A stretch of 33,987 nt of DNA, taken from assembly GCA_003221005.1 (NCBI GenBank), contig QHTZ01000104.1, positions 1-33,987 of the forward strand. The letters are read 5' to 3'. The notes below the pieces were generated by a model that saw nothing but the letters and a program-made list of their open reading frames with translations, was not told where the DNA came from and did no database searches. Source of the DNA: Gemmatimonadota bacterium (GTDB lineage: Bacteria; Gemmatimonadota; Gemmatimonadetes; Gemmatimonadales; GWC2-71-9). Positions 1 to 10,090 of this stretch are shown in pieces. Position numbers and translations under genes: made by a program. The stretch's first letter is position 1. Each line of letters begins with the position of its first letter.

Positions 1-2
1 TC

Positions 3-500
3 CACATCGAGCGCAAGCCGGGCAAGGTGACGGTGACTGTGCACACCGGCCGGCCGGGCGTGGTGATCGGGAAGCGGGGAGCCGAGGTCGACAAGCTGCG
101 CGACGAGCTGACCCAGCTGACCGGCAAGGAAGTGGGGATCAACGTCGAGGAGATCAAGCGGCCGGAGCTCGACGCCCAGCTCGTGGCGGACAGCGTCGCG
201 CACCAGCTCACGCAGCGCATCTCGTTCCGCCGCGCCATGAAGCGGGCGGTGCAGAGCGCGATGCGTATGGGGGCGCAGGGGATCAAGGTGAAGACCGCCG
301 GCCGCCTCGGGGGCGCCGAGATCGCCCGGACGGAGGGCTACCACGAGGGCCGCGTCCCGCTGCACACCTTGCGGGCCGACGTGGATTACGCCCTCTCGAC
401 CGCGAAGACGACCTACGGCACCATCGGGGTGAAGGTCTGGATCTTCAAGGGCGAGCGCACCGAGGACGTGCAGGGGCGCACCTACTCGACCGGGGTCTGA
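3..500 (+). CDS. rpsC: 30S ribosomal protein S3 (5'-truncated by window edge)
   Basis: Frame open from nt 3 ([11 protein letters not shown]...). Contains KH motif [20 protein letters not shown] and [11 protein letters not shown]; lies upstream of rplP. Confidence 0.99.
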   Translation, partial: HIERKPGKVTVTVHTGRPGVVIGKRGAEVDKLRDELTQLTGKEVGINVEEIKRPELDAQLVADSVAHQLTQRISFRRAMKRAVQSAMRMGAQGIKVKTAGRLGGAEIARTEGYHEGRVPLHTLRADVDYALSTAKTTYGTIGVKVWIFKGERTEDVQGRTYSTGV

Positions 501-503
501 CGG

Positions 504-917
504 ATGCTCGCGCCGAAGCGCGTCAAGTTTCGCAAGCGGTTCAAGGGCCGCACCAAGGGGATGGCGACGAGCGCCAACACCGTGGCGTTCGGCCACTACG
601 GCCTCATGTCGCTCGAGCCCGGGTGGATCACGAACCGGCAGATCGAGGCGGCGCGTGTCGCGCTGACGCGCGAGATGAAGCGGGGCGGGAAGGTCTGGAT
701 CCGGCTGTTTCCGGACAAGCCCATCACCAAGAAGCCGGCCGAGACGCGCATGGGCAAGGGGAAAGGGAATCCGGAGGGCTGGGTGGCGGTGGTGAAGCCG
801 GGACGCGTGATGCTCGAGCTCGAGGGGATCGAAGAGCCCGCGGCCCGTACGGCACTAGCGCTCGCGGCGGCGAAGCTGCCGCTCAAGTCGAAGTTCGTGA
901 GGCGGGAGGAGCGGTGA
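504..917 (+). CDS. rplP: 50S ribosomal protein L16
   Basis: [11 protein letters not shown]..., RMGKGKG motif; S10 operon order. Confidence 0.99.
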   Translation: MLAPKRVKFRKRFKGRTKGMATSANTVAFGHYGLMSLEPGWITNRQIEAARVALTREMKRGGKVWIRLFPDKPITKKPAETRMGKGKGNPEGWVAVVKPGRVMLELEGIEEPAARTALALAAAKLPLKSKFVRREER

Positions 918-918
918 G

Positions 919-1119
919 ATGGCCAAGCTGAAACCCGACGCGCTGCGGGAGCTCAAGACCGAGGAGCTGGAGCAGAAGCTGGCGGTGCTCCAGGAGGAGC
1001 AGTTCCGGCTCACGTTCCGCCGGGGCACCGAGGCGATCGCGAACCCGCTGCAGTTCCGCACGATGCGGCGCGACATCGCGCGCATCGCGACCATTCTGCG
1101 CGAGAGGAAAGCGACATGA
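919..1119 (+). CDS. rpmC: 50S ribosomal protein L29
   Basis: 66 aa, LRELKTEEL...[21 protein letters not shown]; operon order. Confidence 0.97.
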   Translation: MAKLKPDALRELKTEELEQKLAVLQEEQFRLTFRRGTEAIANPLQFRTMRRDIARIATILRERKAT

Positions 1120-1364
1120 GGGGCCGCCGCAAGGTTCGCACGGGCGTGGTCGTGAGCGACAAGGCGCAGAAGACGGTGTCGGTCTCGCTCACCCGCCGGT
1201 TCGCTCACACGTTCTACGGCAAGCAGATCGTCCGCACGAAGTGGGTCGCGGCGCACGACGAGCACGGCGCGAAGGTCGGTGACACCGTACGCATCGTGGA
1301 GACGCGGCCGCTCTCCAAGACCAAGCGGTGGCGCGTGGTCGAAATCGTCGAGCGGGCACGCTGA
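1116..1364 (+). CDS. rpsQ: 30S ribosomal protein S17
   Basis: [22 protein letters not shown]; ATGA overlap with rpmC. Confidence 0.99.
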   Translation: MRGRRKVRTGVVVSDKAQKTVSVSLTRRFAHTFYGKQIVRTKWVAAHDEHGAKVGDTVRIVETRPLSKTKRWRVVEIVERAR

Positions 1365-1379
1365 GGAAGGGACGGGACC

Positions 1380-1748
1380 GTGGTGCAGCAGGAGTCGATC
1401 CTCAGGATCGCGGACAACTCGGGCGCCCGGAAGGCCCTGGTCATCCGCGTGCTCGGTGGCTCCAAGCGCCGGTACGCGGGGCTCGGCGACATCGTGGTCG
1501 TGACGATCAAGGACGCGATCGCCACCGGCCAGGTGAAGAAGGGCGAGGTGGCGCGGGCGGTGATCGTGCGCACCGCCAAGGAGACCAAGCGCAAGGACGG
1601 CTCCTACATCCGCTTCGACGAGAACGCGGCAGTGCTGATTACTGACCAGGGCGAGCCGCGGGCCACGCGCATTTTCGGGCCCGTAGGCCGCGAGCTGCGC
1701 GAGAAGCGGTTCATGAAAATCGTCTCGCTGGCGCCGGAGGTCATCTGA
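1380..1748 (+). CDS. rplN: 50S ribosomal protein L14
   Basis: [36 protein letters not shown]; GTG start. Confidence 0.99.
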   Translation: MVQQESILRIADNSGARKALVIRVLGGSKRRYAGLGDIVVVTIKDAIATGQVKKGEVARAVIVRTAKETKRKDGSYIRFDENAAVLITDQGEPRATRIFGPVGRELREKRFMKIVSLAPEVI

Positions 1749-1749
1749 G

Positions 1750-2133
1750 ATGAGACGGCTGGTGTACCGCAAGAGCCGCCGCGCGCGCGGCACCGAGCCA
1801 CCGCGCCACAAGCTGCACCTCGCCAAGGGCGACACCGTGCGCGTGATCCGTGGCGAGGATCGCGGCCGCGAGGGCAAGATCCTCGAGGTGCACCCCAAGG
1901 AGTTCCGTGTGGTGGTCGAAGGGGTCAACGTGGTGAAGAAGCACAAGCGCGCCACGACAGCCCAGGGGACGAGTGGTATCATCGACATCCCGGCTCCGAT
2001 CGCGGCGTCCAAGGTGATGCTCCTCGACCCCAAGTCCGGCGAGCCCACGCGGACGCGGCGGCGCCGGGACAAGGACGGCACGGTGGAGCGGGTGGCGGTC
2101 AAGTCCGGCCAGCCGATCCCCCGGGTGAGGTAG
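1750..2133 (+). CDS. rplX: 50S ribosomal protein L24 with basic N-terminal extension
   Basis: KOW motif [26 protein letters not shown]. Confidence 0.98.
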   Translation: MRRLVYRKSRRARGTEPPRHKLHLAKGDTVRVIRGEDRGREGKILEVHPKEFRVVVEGVNVVKKHKRATTAQGTSGIIDIPAPIAASKVMLLDPKSGEPTRTRRRRDKDGTVERVAVKSGQPIPRVR

Positions 2134-2137
2134 GCTC

Positions 2138-2974
2138 GTGATCGACGACAACCCGAAGCCCGACCCCGAGGCCACGCCCCAGGGTGGTGACGCCCCAGCT
2201 CCAGCCCCCCCAGCCCCCCTAGCCGGGGGTGACGCACAACCCCGGGGCGACGCCCCGGAGGACACCCAAGCGCCCCCGCAGGGCAAGGGCAAAGGGAAGG
2301 CCAAGGACAAGAGCATCCCGACCCCCGAGGGGAAGCCCCGGGGCAAGGGGAAGAAGGCGCCGGAGGGCCAGCCCCGCGCGCCCGAGCCCGAGGGCCCGCC
2401 GCCCGAGCCGGCTCCACGGCCGCGGCTGCTGGACCATTACGAGCAGCGGGTCCGCCAGAAGCTGCAGCAGCAGTTCGGCTTCAAGAACCCGCACGAGATT
2501 CCGCGGCTGGTGAAGATCGTGCTCAACGTCGGGATGGGTGACGCGCCCAAGAACCCCAAGGGGCTCGACGCCGCCGTCGCCGAGCTCGCCGCCATCACGG
2601 GGCAGCACCCGGTGGTGACGCGCGCCAAGAAGGCGATCGCGAACTTTAACCTACGGGAAGGCGTGCCGATCGGCTGTGCCGTCACGCTGCGCGGCGCGCG
2701 GATGTACGAGTTCTTGGACCGGTTCATCACCATCGCGGTGCCGCGCATGCGCGATTTCCGCGGGCTCCCGAGCAAGAGCTTCGACGGCCGGGGCAACTAC
2801 ACGGTCGGCATCAAGGAGCAGATGATCTTCCCTGAGATCGACTACGACAAGGTCGAGAAGATCCACGGGATGGACATCACCATCGTCACGACTGCCGGCC
2901 GCGACGATGCTGCTCTGGCGCTGCTCCGGGAGATGGGCATGCCGTTCCGGGGCGAAGCTCCGGTCGCGGCCTAG
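2138..2974 (+). CDS. rplE: 50S ribosomal protein L5 with ~90-aa Pro/Ala/Gly-rich N-terminal extension
   Basis: Core [46 protein letters not shown] start 4 nt after the rplX stop; no in-frame ATG or GTG closer to the start of the core. Confidence 0.97.
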   Translation: MIDDNPKPDPEATPQGGDAPAPAPPAPLAGGDAQPRGDAPEDTQAPPQGKGKGKAKDKSIPTPEGKPRGKGKKAPEGQPRAPEPEGPPPEPAPRPRLLDHYEQRVRQKLQQQFGFKNPHEIPRLVKIVLNVGMGDAPKNPKGLDAAVAELAAITGQHPVVTRAKKAIANFNLREGVPIGCAVTLRGARMYEFLDRFITIAVPRMRDFRGLPSKSFDGRGNYTVGIKEQMIFPEIDYDKVEKIHGMDITIVTTAGRDDAALALLREMGMPFRGEAPVAA

Positions 2975-2984
2975 GAGGCGAGGG

Positions 2985-3170
2985 ATGGCGAAGAAGACGT
3001 GGATCGAAAAGGTGAAACGGAAGCCGAAGTTCAAGGTCCGCGGCTATTACCGCTGCCAGCGCTGCGGTCGCAGCCGGGGCACGCTGCGGAAGTTCGGCTT
3101 GTGCCGCATTTGTTTCCGCGACCTGGCGTTGCGCGGGGAGATTCCCGGCGTGCGCAAGGCCAGCTGGTAA
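2985..3170 (+). CDS. rpsN: 30S ribosomal protein S14, zinc-binding (type Z) form
   Basis: 61 aa MAKKTW...CQRCGR...CRIC...GVRKASW; AGGAGG Shine-Dalgarno upstream of ATG 2985. Confidence 0.98.
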   Translation: MAKKTWIEKVKRKPKFKVRGYYRCQRCGRSRGTLRKFGLCRICFRDLALRGEIPGVRKASW

Positions 3171-3186
3171 AGGACGGAACGACGAG

Positions 3187-3582
3187 ATGAGCGTAACTGA
3201 CCCCGTCGCCGATATGCTCACCCGGGTGCGCAACGCCTGCCTGGCAGGGCACAAACGGGTGGACATGCCGGTGTCGAAGCTGAAGGTGGAGATCGCGCGG
3301 CTGCTCCGCGACAACCATTATCTCCACGACTACAAGGTCTTGGATGACGGGCGGCAGGGGCTGCTGCGCCTCTACCTCAAGTACCACAACGACGCGCCCG
3401 TCATCCGCGAGCTGCAGCGGATCTCCGCGCCCGGTCTGCGGCGCTACGTCAAGGCGCGCGAGATCCCACGCGTCAAGAACGGCCTCGGGATGGCGATTCT
3501 GTCGACGCCCCGGGGTCTGATGTCGGACCGCGAAGCCCGCACCGCCCGCGTGGGCGGCGAGTTGCTCGCGGTGGTCTGGTAG
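3187..3582 (+). CDS. rpsH: 30S ribosomal protein S8
   Basis: [39 protein letters not shown]. Confidence 0.99.
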   Translation: MSVTDPVADMLTRVRNACLAGHKRVDMPVSKLKVEIARLLRDNHYLHDYKVLDDGRQGLLRLYLKYHNDAPVIRELQRISAPGLRRYVKAREIPRVKNGLGMAILSTPRGLMSDREARTARVGGELLAVVW

Positions 3583-3590
3583 GAGGCGTC

Positions 3591-4139
3591 ATGTCGCGCA
3601 TCGGCAAGCGGCCGGTTCCGCTCCCCAAGGGCGTCACGGCGCAGATCGACGGCTCGCGGCTCACGGTCAAGGGGCCCAAGGGCGAGATCGGTCGGACCAT
3701 TCATGCCGAGCTCAGCGTCGCGCTCGAGGACGGCACCCTCGTCGTGCGGCGGCCCTCAGACGAGAGCCGCCACAAGGCGCTGCACGGCCTCACACGCACC
3801 CTCGTCGCCAACATGGTCGAAGGGGTGACCAAGGGGTTCAGCAAGGCGCTCGAGATCCAGGGCGTGGGCTACAAGGCGGAGGCGAAGCCGTTCGGCGTGC
3901 AGCTCGTGGTCGGGTTCTCGCACCCCGTCCCGTACCACGCGCCGCAGGGCATCAAGATCTCGGTGGACAACAACGTGCTGGTCAAGATCGAAGGCGTCGA
4001 CAAGGAGCTGGTCGGCCAGGTGGCTGCCGAGCTGCGCAACGTGCGGCCCCCCGAGCCCTACAAGGGCAAGGGGATCCGCTACGTGGGCGAGCAGGTGCGC
4101 CGCAAGGCGGGCAAGACGGCTCAGGCCGTGGCCAAGTAG
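3591..4139 (+). CDS. rplF: 50S ribosomal protein L6
   Basis: [27 protein letters not shown]. Confidence 0.99.
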   Translation: MSRIGKRPVPLPKGVTAQIDGSRLTVKGPKGEIGRTIHAELSVALEDGTLVVRRPSDESRHKALHGLTRTLVANMVEGVTKGFSKALEIQGVGYKAEAKPFGVQLVVGFSHPVPYHAPQGIKISVDNNVLVKIEGVDKELVGQVAAELRNVRPPEPYKGKGIRYVGEQVRRKAGKTAQAVAK

Positions 4140-4141
4140 CC

Positions 4142-4513
4142 ATGCGATCGCTCCGCAAGGTGAGGACGCGAGCGCAGCGCCGGGCGCGGCGGCACCTGCG
4201 GGTGCGCAAGACGGTGCGCGGCAGCGCCACCCGTCCGCGGCTCGTCGTGTTTCGTTCCTCGAAGCACATCTACGCGCAGCTCGTCGACGACGACCGCGGC
4301 GTCACGCTCATCGGCGCATCGGACCGCTCGGAGGGCATCGCCGCCGAGGGGAAGGGCAAGACCGGAAAGAGCTTCGGCGTCGGCCAGTTGGTCGCTGCGA
4401 AAGCCAAGAGCCAGGGCATCACCAAGGTCGTGTTCGACCGCGCCGGGTATCGTTACCACGGGCGCGTGAAGGCGGTGGCCGACGGCGCCCGCAAGGGCGG
4501 ATTGGAGTTCTGA
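4142..4513 (+). CDS. rplR: 50S ribosomal protein L18
   Basis: [40 protein letters not shown]. Confidence 0.99.
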   Translation: MRSLRKVRTRAQRRARRHLRVRKTVRGSATRPRLVVFRSSKHIYAQLVDDDRGVTLIGASDRSEGIAAEGKGKTGKSFGVGQLVAAKAKSQGITKVVFDRAGYRYHGRVKAVADGARKGGLEF

Positions 4514-5262
4514 TGACGGACGAAAAGGACCAACCCGGCGCATCGGCGCCGGAGAGCGCGTCAGCGCCGGAGAGCGCGTCAGCGCCGGAGGAACCCGCGG
4601 CGGCCGCTGCCGCGGCGCCAGAGGCGGCCCCGGCGCAAGCAGCGCCGACGCCGCCGCACCGTCCACCGCGTGGCCCGGGCGGCCGTGGTGGAGGCGGGGG
4701 TCGCGGTCGTGGGCGGGGCGGCGAGCGCCGCGACTCGGGCGAGCGCCAGCGGGAAGGCGACGGGCTGATCGAGAACGTGATCGCCATCAACCGGGTCGCG
4801 AAGGTCGTGAAAGGCGGGCGCCGGTTCGGCTTCAATGCGCTGGTCGCCGTCGGGGACGGGCAGGGGCACGTCGGCATCGCCACCGGGAAGGCGAACGAGG
4901 TGAGCGAGGCCGTCCGCAAGGCGGTCGAGGCGGCGCGCCGCAAGATGCTCGAGATCCCCCTCACCGGGGGCACGATCCCGCACGAGATCATCGGCGACCA
5001 CGGGGCGGGGCGGGTGCTCCTGAAGCCCGCCGCCACCGGTACCGGCGTCATCGCGGGCGGTCCGGTACGGGCCGTGCTCGAGTGCGCTGGCGTGCGCGAC
5101 ATCCTCACGAAGAGCCTGGGCTCGACCAACCCGCACAACATGGTGCGTGCGGCCCTGGACGGGCTGCTGCGGCTCACCACGCCGCGGCGCGTCGCGCGGG
5201 AGCGCGGCATCGAGGTGGAGGCGATTCCGTACAAGCCGCGACAGGAGGCGACGCGTGGCTAG
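4513..5262 (+). CDS. rpsE: 30S ribosomal protein S5 with ~80-aa low-complexity N-terminal extension
   Basis: [34 protein letters not shown]; TGATG overlap with rplR. Confidence 0.98.
   Translation: MTDEKDQPGASAPESASAPESASAPEEPAAAAAAAPEAAPAQAAPTPPHRPPRGPGGRGGGGGRGRGRGGERRDSGERQREGDGLIENVIAINRVAKVVKGGRRFGFNALVAVGDGQGHVGIATGKANEVSEAVRKAVEAARRKMLEIPLTGGTIPHEIIGDHGAGRVLLKPAATGTGVIAGGPVRAVLECAGVRDILTKSLGSTNPHNMVRAALDGLLRLTTPRRVARERGIEVEAIPYKPRQEATRG
4540..4593 (+). repeat. 18-bp in-frame tandem repeat (3 copies) encoding [12 protein letters not shown] in the S5 extension
   Basis: gcatcggcgccggagagc / gcgtcagcgccggagagc / gcgtcagcgccggaggaa. Confidence 0.9.
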
Positions 5263-5521
5263 GAACCCGCCCACGAGGAAGTACCGCAAGCGGAAATCGG
5301 GGCGCGACCCCGTCCTGCCCCCGCCGGGCAAGGGCAAGCTCCGCATCCTCCAGCGGCGCTCCGGGATCGGCCGTCCCGCCGTCGAGCGGCGCACGCTCGA
5401 GGCGCTCGGTCTGAAGCACCACCAGGACACGGTGGTCAAGCCGGACCATCCTGCGCTGCGAGGGATGCTCTATCGTGTGCGCCACCTCGTCGCGGTGACG
5501 CCGGCGAAGGCCAAGGAGTAG
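5255..5521 (+). CDS. rpmD: 50S ribosomal protein L30 with basic N-terminal extension
   Basis: [13 protein letters not shown]...[14 protein letters not shown]...[11 protein letters not shown]; GTG at 5255 preceded by AGGAGG (5243-5248). Confidence 0.95.
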   Translation: MARNPPTRKYRKRKSGRDPVLPPPGKGKLRILQRRSGIGRPAVERRTLEALGLKHHQDTVVKPDHPALRGMLYRVRHLVAVTPAKAKE

Positions 5522-5525
5522 AGGG

Positions 5526-6032
5526 ATGGCGAAGGCGAAGACGAAGCGGCGGACGAAAGCCAGGACCAAGACGCCGGCCGCGGCCGTGCAACGGGTCACC
5601 TTGCAGAGCCTGAAGCCGCCACGCGGCTCTCATCGCGCCCGCATCCGCAAGGGCCGCGGCCCCGGGTCGGGGATCGGCAAGACGGCCGGGCGGGGCGGTA
5701 AGGGGCAGACAGCGCGCACGGGAGGCCAGACCCGCCCGGGGTTCGAGGGCGGCCAGATGCCGCTGATCCGCCGGATTCCCAAGCGCGGGTTCACGAACCC
5801 CTTCAAGCAGCCGGCGCAGGTGGTGAACGTTCGATATCTGGCCAAGCTCGCCGAGGGGGTCGAGGTCACCCCGGAGACGCTGTTCGGCGCCGGATTGGTC
5901 CGCCGCCCCGACCATCCCGTCAAGCTGCTGGGCATGGGGGACGTGGGCCGGAAGTTCGTCGTGAAGAGCGTGGCCGTTTCCGCGTCCGCGCGCGCCAAGA
6001 TCGAGCAGGCGGGCGGTACCATCGAGGCCTGA
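5526..6032 (+). CDS. rplO: 50S ribosomal protein L15
   Basis: GRGPGSGIGKTAGRGGKGQ, GFEGGQMPL.RRIPKRGF. Confidence 0.99.
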   Translation: MAKAKTKRRTKARTKTPAAAVQRVTLQSLKPPRGSHRARIRKGRGPGSGIGKTAGRGGKGQTARTGGQTRPGFEGGQMPLIRRIPKRGFTNPFKQPAQVVNVRYLAKLAEGVEVTPETLFGAGLVRRPDHPVKLLGMGDVGRKFVVKSVAVSASARAKIEQAGGTIEA

Positions 6033-6039
6033 GTCGCTC

Positions 6040-7368
6040 ATGTCGTTTCGGCTTCCCTCCTGGCTGAACGTGTTCAAGCTCCCGGACGACCTCTGGGAGA
6101 AGTTCTCGGTCACCTTCATCTGTTTGGTGGTGTATCGCGCCGGGGCGCACATCGCGACCCCGGGCGTGAACGTGCAGGCGCTCGCCGACTTCCTGCGCAA
6201 CGCGGGGCAGGGCACCCTCTTCAGCCTGTACGACCTGTTCGCGGGCGGCGGCTTCTCGCGCGCCACCGTGTTCGCGCTGGGGATCATGCCCTACATCTCG
6301 GCGAGCATCGTGTTCCAGCTCGCCGCGCCCGTGTTCCCAGTCGTCGAGAAGATGCAGCGGGATGAGGAGGGGCGGAAAACGCTCACGCAGTGGACCCGCT
6401 ACCTCACCGTGGTGCTGTGCCTGTTTCAGGCGTACGGGTACGCGCTCTTCACCGAGCAGCTCCCGGGCGCGGTGGCGTCGCCGGGGTGGGGCTTCCGACT
6501 AACGACCGTGCTCACCCTGTCCACGGGCGGCATCTTCGTGATGTGGCTGGGCGAGCAGATCACGGAGCGGGGTATCGGCAACGGTGCGAGCTTGCTGATC
6601 TTCTTCTCGATCATCGAGCGGATCTGGCCGGAGACGCTGCGCACCGTCGAGGCGCTGAAGGCCCACTCGCTCACCTTCCCCGTGCTGCTCGCCGTGCTCG
6701 GCGTCATGGTGCTCGTGGTCGCGGGCACGGTGGCGGTCACCGTGGCGGCGCGCCGCATCCCGATTCAGATCCCGCGCAAGGTGATGGGTCGAGGCCGCAT
6801 CCGCGAGGGGCAAAAGACGTTCATCCCGCTGCGCATCAACTCGTCGGGCGTGATGCCCATCATCTTCGCCCAGTCGCTGATCATCGTGCCGGGCACGCTC
6901 GCCACGTTCAGCGGCAACGCGCTGCTGAAGCGCCTGGCCGATTACTTCAGCGTGACCTCGTGGGTCTACGTGGTCTCGAGCGCGGCGCTGATCGTGTTCT
7001 TCGCGTATTTCTACACGTCGATCATCTTCAATCCGGTCGACCTCGCGGAGAACCTGAAAAAGCAGGGTGGCTTCATCCCCGGCGTGAAGCCGGGCGCCGC
7101 GACGGCCGACTACATCGACGAAGTGCTGTCCCGCATCACCTTCCCAGGCGCCATCTTCCTCACCGTGGTGGCGATGCTCCCGATCGTGATCTCCAACGTG
7201 CTCAACATGCCGTTCGGGTTCGGCGGCACGGCGCTCCTCATCGTGGTGGGCGTCGCGCTGGACACCGTGCAACAGGTGCAGCAGCACCTCCTGCTCAGGC
7301 ATTACGACGGCTTCATGAAAGGCGGCGGGCCCGGGGGCGGCGGCACGCGGGTTCGCTTCCGCCGCTAG
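6040..7368 (+). CDS. secY: Preprotein translocase subunit SecY
   Basis: FALGIMPYISASI, WLGEQITERGIGNG, GVMPIIFA, GGFIPGVKPG, FGGTALLIVVGV; about 10 hydrophobic segments. Confidence 0.99.
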   Translation: MSFRLPSWLNVFKLPDDLWEKFSVTFICLVVYRAGAHIATPGVNVQALADFLRNAGQGTLFSLYDLFAGGGFSRATVFALGIMPYISASIVFQLAAPVFPVVEKMQRDEEGRKTLTQWTRYLTVVLCLFQAYGYALFTEQLPGAVASPGWGFRLTTVLTLSTGGIFVMWLGEQITERGIGNGASLLIFFSIIERIWPETLRTVEALKAHSLTFPVLLAVLGVMVLVVAGTVAVTVAARRIPIQIPRKVMGRGRIREGQKTFIPLRINSSGVMPIIFAQSLIIVPGTLATFSGNALLKRLADYFSVTSWVYVVSSAALIVFFAYFYTSIIFNPVDLAENLKKQGGFIPGVKPGAATADYIDEVLSRITFPGAIFLTVVAMLPIVISNVLNMPFGFGGTALLIVVGVALDTVQQVQQHLLLRHYDGFMKGGGPGGGGTRVRFRR

Positions 7369-7369
7369 C

Positions 7370-7933
7370 GTGTTCATTCTCCTTCTCGGCGCCCCGGGCG
7401 CGGGAAAGGGCACGCAAGGAAGGCTGCTCGCGGAGCGGTTGGGGCTCCCCAAGATCACGACCGGCGACATCCTTCGCGCCGCGGTGCAGGCCGGGTCACC
7501 GCTGGGACGCGAAGCCAAGCGCTACATGGACGAGGGCAAGCTCGTCCCCGACGCGGTGATCCTGGGGCTCATCAAGGATGAGCTCGCCAAGGCCGAGGCG
7601 AAGGACGGCGCGGTGTTCGACGGATTCCCGCGCACCGCAGCGCAGGCGGAGCTGGTCGATCGCACGCTTGCCGAGCGGGGCCAGCGGCTCAACCACATCC
7701 TGTTGCTCGACGTTTCCGAGGACGAGCTGGTGCGCCGCTTGCAGCAGCGCGCCGGCATTGAAGGCCGCTCGGACGACACGCCCGAGGCGATCCGTACCCG
7801 GCTCCAGGTGTACCAGCGCGACACCGCCCCCCTCATCGCCCACTACGCGCAGCGCGGCAACGTGCACCGCGTGCCCGCCACGGGTACGATCGAGGACATC
7901 GCGACCGACATCAAGCGCATCATCGGGCGATGA
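7370..7933 (+). CDS. adk: Adenylate kinase (short-LID type)
   Basis: GAPGAGKGTQ, FDGFPRT, short LID ending GRSDD; follows secY. Confidence 0.98.
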   Translation: MFILLLGAPGAGKGTQGRLLAERLGLPKITTGDILRAAVQAGSPLGREAKRYMDEGKLVPDAVILGLIKDELAKAEAKDGAVFDGFPRTAAQAELVDRTLAERGQRLNHILLLDVSEDELVRRLQQRAGIEGRSDDTPEAIRTRLQVYQRDTAPLIAHYAQRGNVHRVPATGTIEDIATDIKRIIGR

Positions 7934-8712
7934 TCACCATCAAGTCGCCGCGCGAGATCGAGACGATGGCCGCCGCGGGGCGCATTGTGGCCGCCACCCT
8001 CGCCCTCGTTGCGCGGCACGTCCGCCCCGGCGTGTCGACCGAGGAGCTCGACCGTCGCGCCGAGGAGTTCATCCGCAGCCATCCCGGCGCCCGGCCCTCC
8101 TTCAAGGGGCTCTACGACTACCCCGCGACCCTGTGCACGTCCATCAACCAGGAAGTGGTGCACGGCATTCCGTCTCCGAAGCGCGTCCTGAGTGAGGGCG
8201 ACCTCTTGAGCGTGGACGTCGGCGTGTGGCTCGACGGGCTGCACGCCGACTCCGCCGCGACGTTCCCCGTGGGTCGGGTGCCGCCCGAGGCGCAGCGGCT
8301 GCTCCAGGTGACGCAGGCCGCCCTGATGGCCGGGGTCGGCCAGGCACGCGTCGGCAACCACGTCGGGGACATCGGCCACGCGGTGCAGGAGGTGGCGGAA
8401 GGAGCAGGGTACTCCGTCGTGCGGGAACTCGTGGGGCACGGGATCGGCTCGAGCTTCCACGAGGAGCCCCAGATCCCGAACTATGGCAAGCCGAAGCGGG
8501 GGCCACGGCTCGTCGCCGGCATGACGATCGCGATCGAGCCGATGGTAAACGTTGGGGGGCCCGGCATCCGCACCCTCGACGACAAGTGGACGGTGGTCAC
8601 CGAGGATGGCTCGCTGTCGGCCCACTTTGAGCACACCGTGGCCGTCGTCGAGAACGGAGGCCCCCCCCGGATTCTCACGCTCGCGGACCGAGGCCCCGGC
8701 GTGAATCTTTAG
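7930..8712 (+). CDS. map: Methionine aminopeptidase type I
   Basis: CTSINQEVVHGIP, GHGIG..FHEEP, AIEPM, SAHFEHT. Confidence 0.99.
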   Translation: MITIKSPREIETMAAAGRIVAATLALVARHVRPGVSTEELDRRAEEFIRSHPGARPSFKGLYDYPATLCTSINQEVVHGIPSPKRVLSEGDLLSVDVGVWLDGLHADSAATFPVGRVPPEAQRLLQVTQAALMAGVGQARVGNHVGDIGHAVQEVAEGAGYSVVRELVGHGIGSSFHEEPQIPNYGKPKRGPRLVAGMTIAIEPMVNVGGPGIRTLDDKWTVVTEDGSLSAHFEHTVAVVENGGPPRILTLADRGPGVNL

Positions 8713-8716
8713 AGGC

Positions 8717-10090
8717 ATGACCCAGCACAAGTTTCTCCTCGACGAATCGCGGCTCCCCAAGGCCTGGTACAACATCAACGCGGACATGCCGGTCCCTGCG
8801 GCGCCAGTACTCCACCCCGGCACCAAGGAGCCCGTCACCCCGGACTTTCTTGCGGTCCTCTTTCCGATGGCGCTCATCATGCAGCAGGTGAGCCCGGAGC
8901 GGTGGATCGAAATCCCCGAGCCGGTCCGCGACGTGTACCGCTTGTGGCGCCCGACCCCACTGCATCGCGCGGTACGCCTCGAGCGCGCGCTCGATACGCC
9001 GGCGCACATCTATTACAAGTACGAGGGCGTCTCTCCCGTCGGCTCGCACAAGCCGAACACGGCCGTTGCCCAGGCGTTCTACAACAAGCAGGAAGGGGTC
9101 AAGGCACTCACCACAGAGACCGGGGCGGGACAGTGGGGGAGCGCGCTCGCCATGGCGTGCAACTTCTTCGGCATCGATCTCGAAGTCTTCATGGTGAACG
9201 TATCGTATGAGCAGAAGCCGTACCGCCGCATCATCATGGAGAACTATGGGGCGACGGTGTACGCCAGCCCCACGGACCGCACCCAATACGGCCGCCGAGT
9301 GCGTGCCGAGGATCCCCAGTCGAACGGCTCGCTCGGCATCGCCATCTCGGAGGCGGTCGAGACGGCGGCGACGAGCGGGGGGCGGAAGAAATACAGCCTC
9401 GGCTCGGTGCTGGGGTTCGTGCTGATGCACCAGAGCGTGATCGGCCTCGAGGCGCTCGAGCAGCTGGCGCTGGCGGGAGAATATCCGGACATCGTGATCG
9501 GGTGCGCGGGCGGAGGATCGAACTTCGGCGGGTTCGCGTACCCGTTCCTGCACAAGAACCTGACGGAGGGCAAGAAGACCACGATCGTCGCGGTGGAGCC
9601 CGCGTCCTGCCCGTCCCTGACGAAGGGCAAGTACACCTTCGACTACGGCGACACGGCGGCAATGGCGCCGATCGTCAAGATGCACACGCTGGGCCACACC
9701 TTCATGCCGCCCGGGATCCACGCTGGTGGCCTGCGCTACCACGGCATGGCGCCGAGCGTGAGCGCGCTCGTGGCGAGCGGCCACATCGAGGCCCGGGCGG
9801 TGAACCAGCTCACCACGTTCGACGCAGCGGTGCAGTTCTCCCGTGCCGAGGGGATCATCCCCGCGCCCGAATCGGCGCATGCGATCCGCGTGGCGATCGA
9901 CGAGGCCCTGAGATGCAAGCGGGAGGGAACGCGGCGGGTGATCGCGTTCAACCTGTCCGGCCACGGGCATTTCGATATGGGAGCCTACGAGGCCTACCAG
10001 CGGGGGAAGCTCGAAGACTACGAGTACCCGGCAGCCCTAGTGGCGGAGGCGATGAAGCACCTGCCGGAAGTTCCGGTGGGTGTAGCATGA
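8717..10090 (+). CDS. trpB2: TrpB2 (TrpB-like PLP enzyme, stand-alone tryptophan synthase beta type 2)
   Basis: WRPTPLHRA, GSHKPNTA (PLP lysine), TETGAGQWGSAL, GGGSNFGG, IHAGGLRYHG, FNLSGHG. Confidence 0.95.
   Translation: MTQHKFLLDESRLPKAWYNINADMPVPAAPVLHPGTKEPVTPDFLAVLFPMALIMQQVSPERWIEIPEPVRDVYRLWRPTPLHRAVRLERALDTPAHIYYKYEGVSPVGSHKPNTAVAQAFYNKQEGVKALTTETGAGQWGSALAMACNFFGIDLEVFMVNVSYEQKPYRRIIMENYGATVYASPTDRTQYGRRVRAEDPQSNGSLGIAISEAVETAATSGGRKKYSLGSVLGFVLMHQSVIGLEALEQLALAGEYPDIVIGCAGGGSNFGGFAYPFLHKNLTEGKKTTIVAVEPASCPSLTKGKYTFDYGDTAAMAPIVKMHTLGHTFMPPGIHAGGLRYHGMAPSVSALVASGHIEARAVNQLTTFDAAVQFSRAEGIIPAPESAHAIRVAIDEALRCKREGTRRVIAFNLSGHGHFDMGAYEAYQRGKLEDYEYPAALVAEAMKHLPEVPVGVA

Noticed and set aside
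855-2417. Long antisense and alternate-frame ORFs (this one, 22767-24647, 19211-20500, 28938-30422 and others)
   Set aside because: They are shadow ORFs typical of high-GC DNA, overlapping clearly identified genes and carrying no recognisable motifs.
7370-7933. adk truncated for lack of the zinc LID
   Set aside because: Short-LID adenylate kinases are a known functional class, and all core motifs are present.
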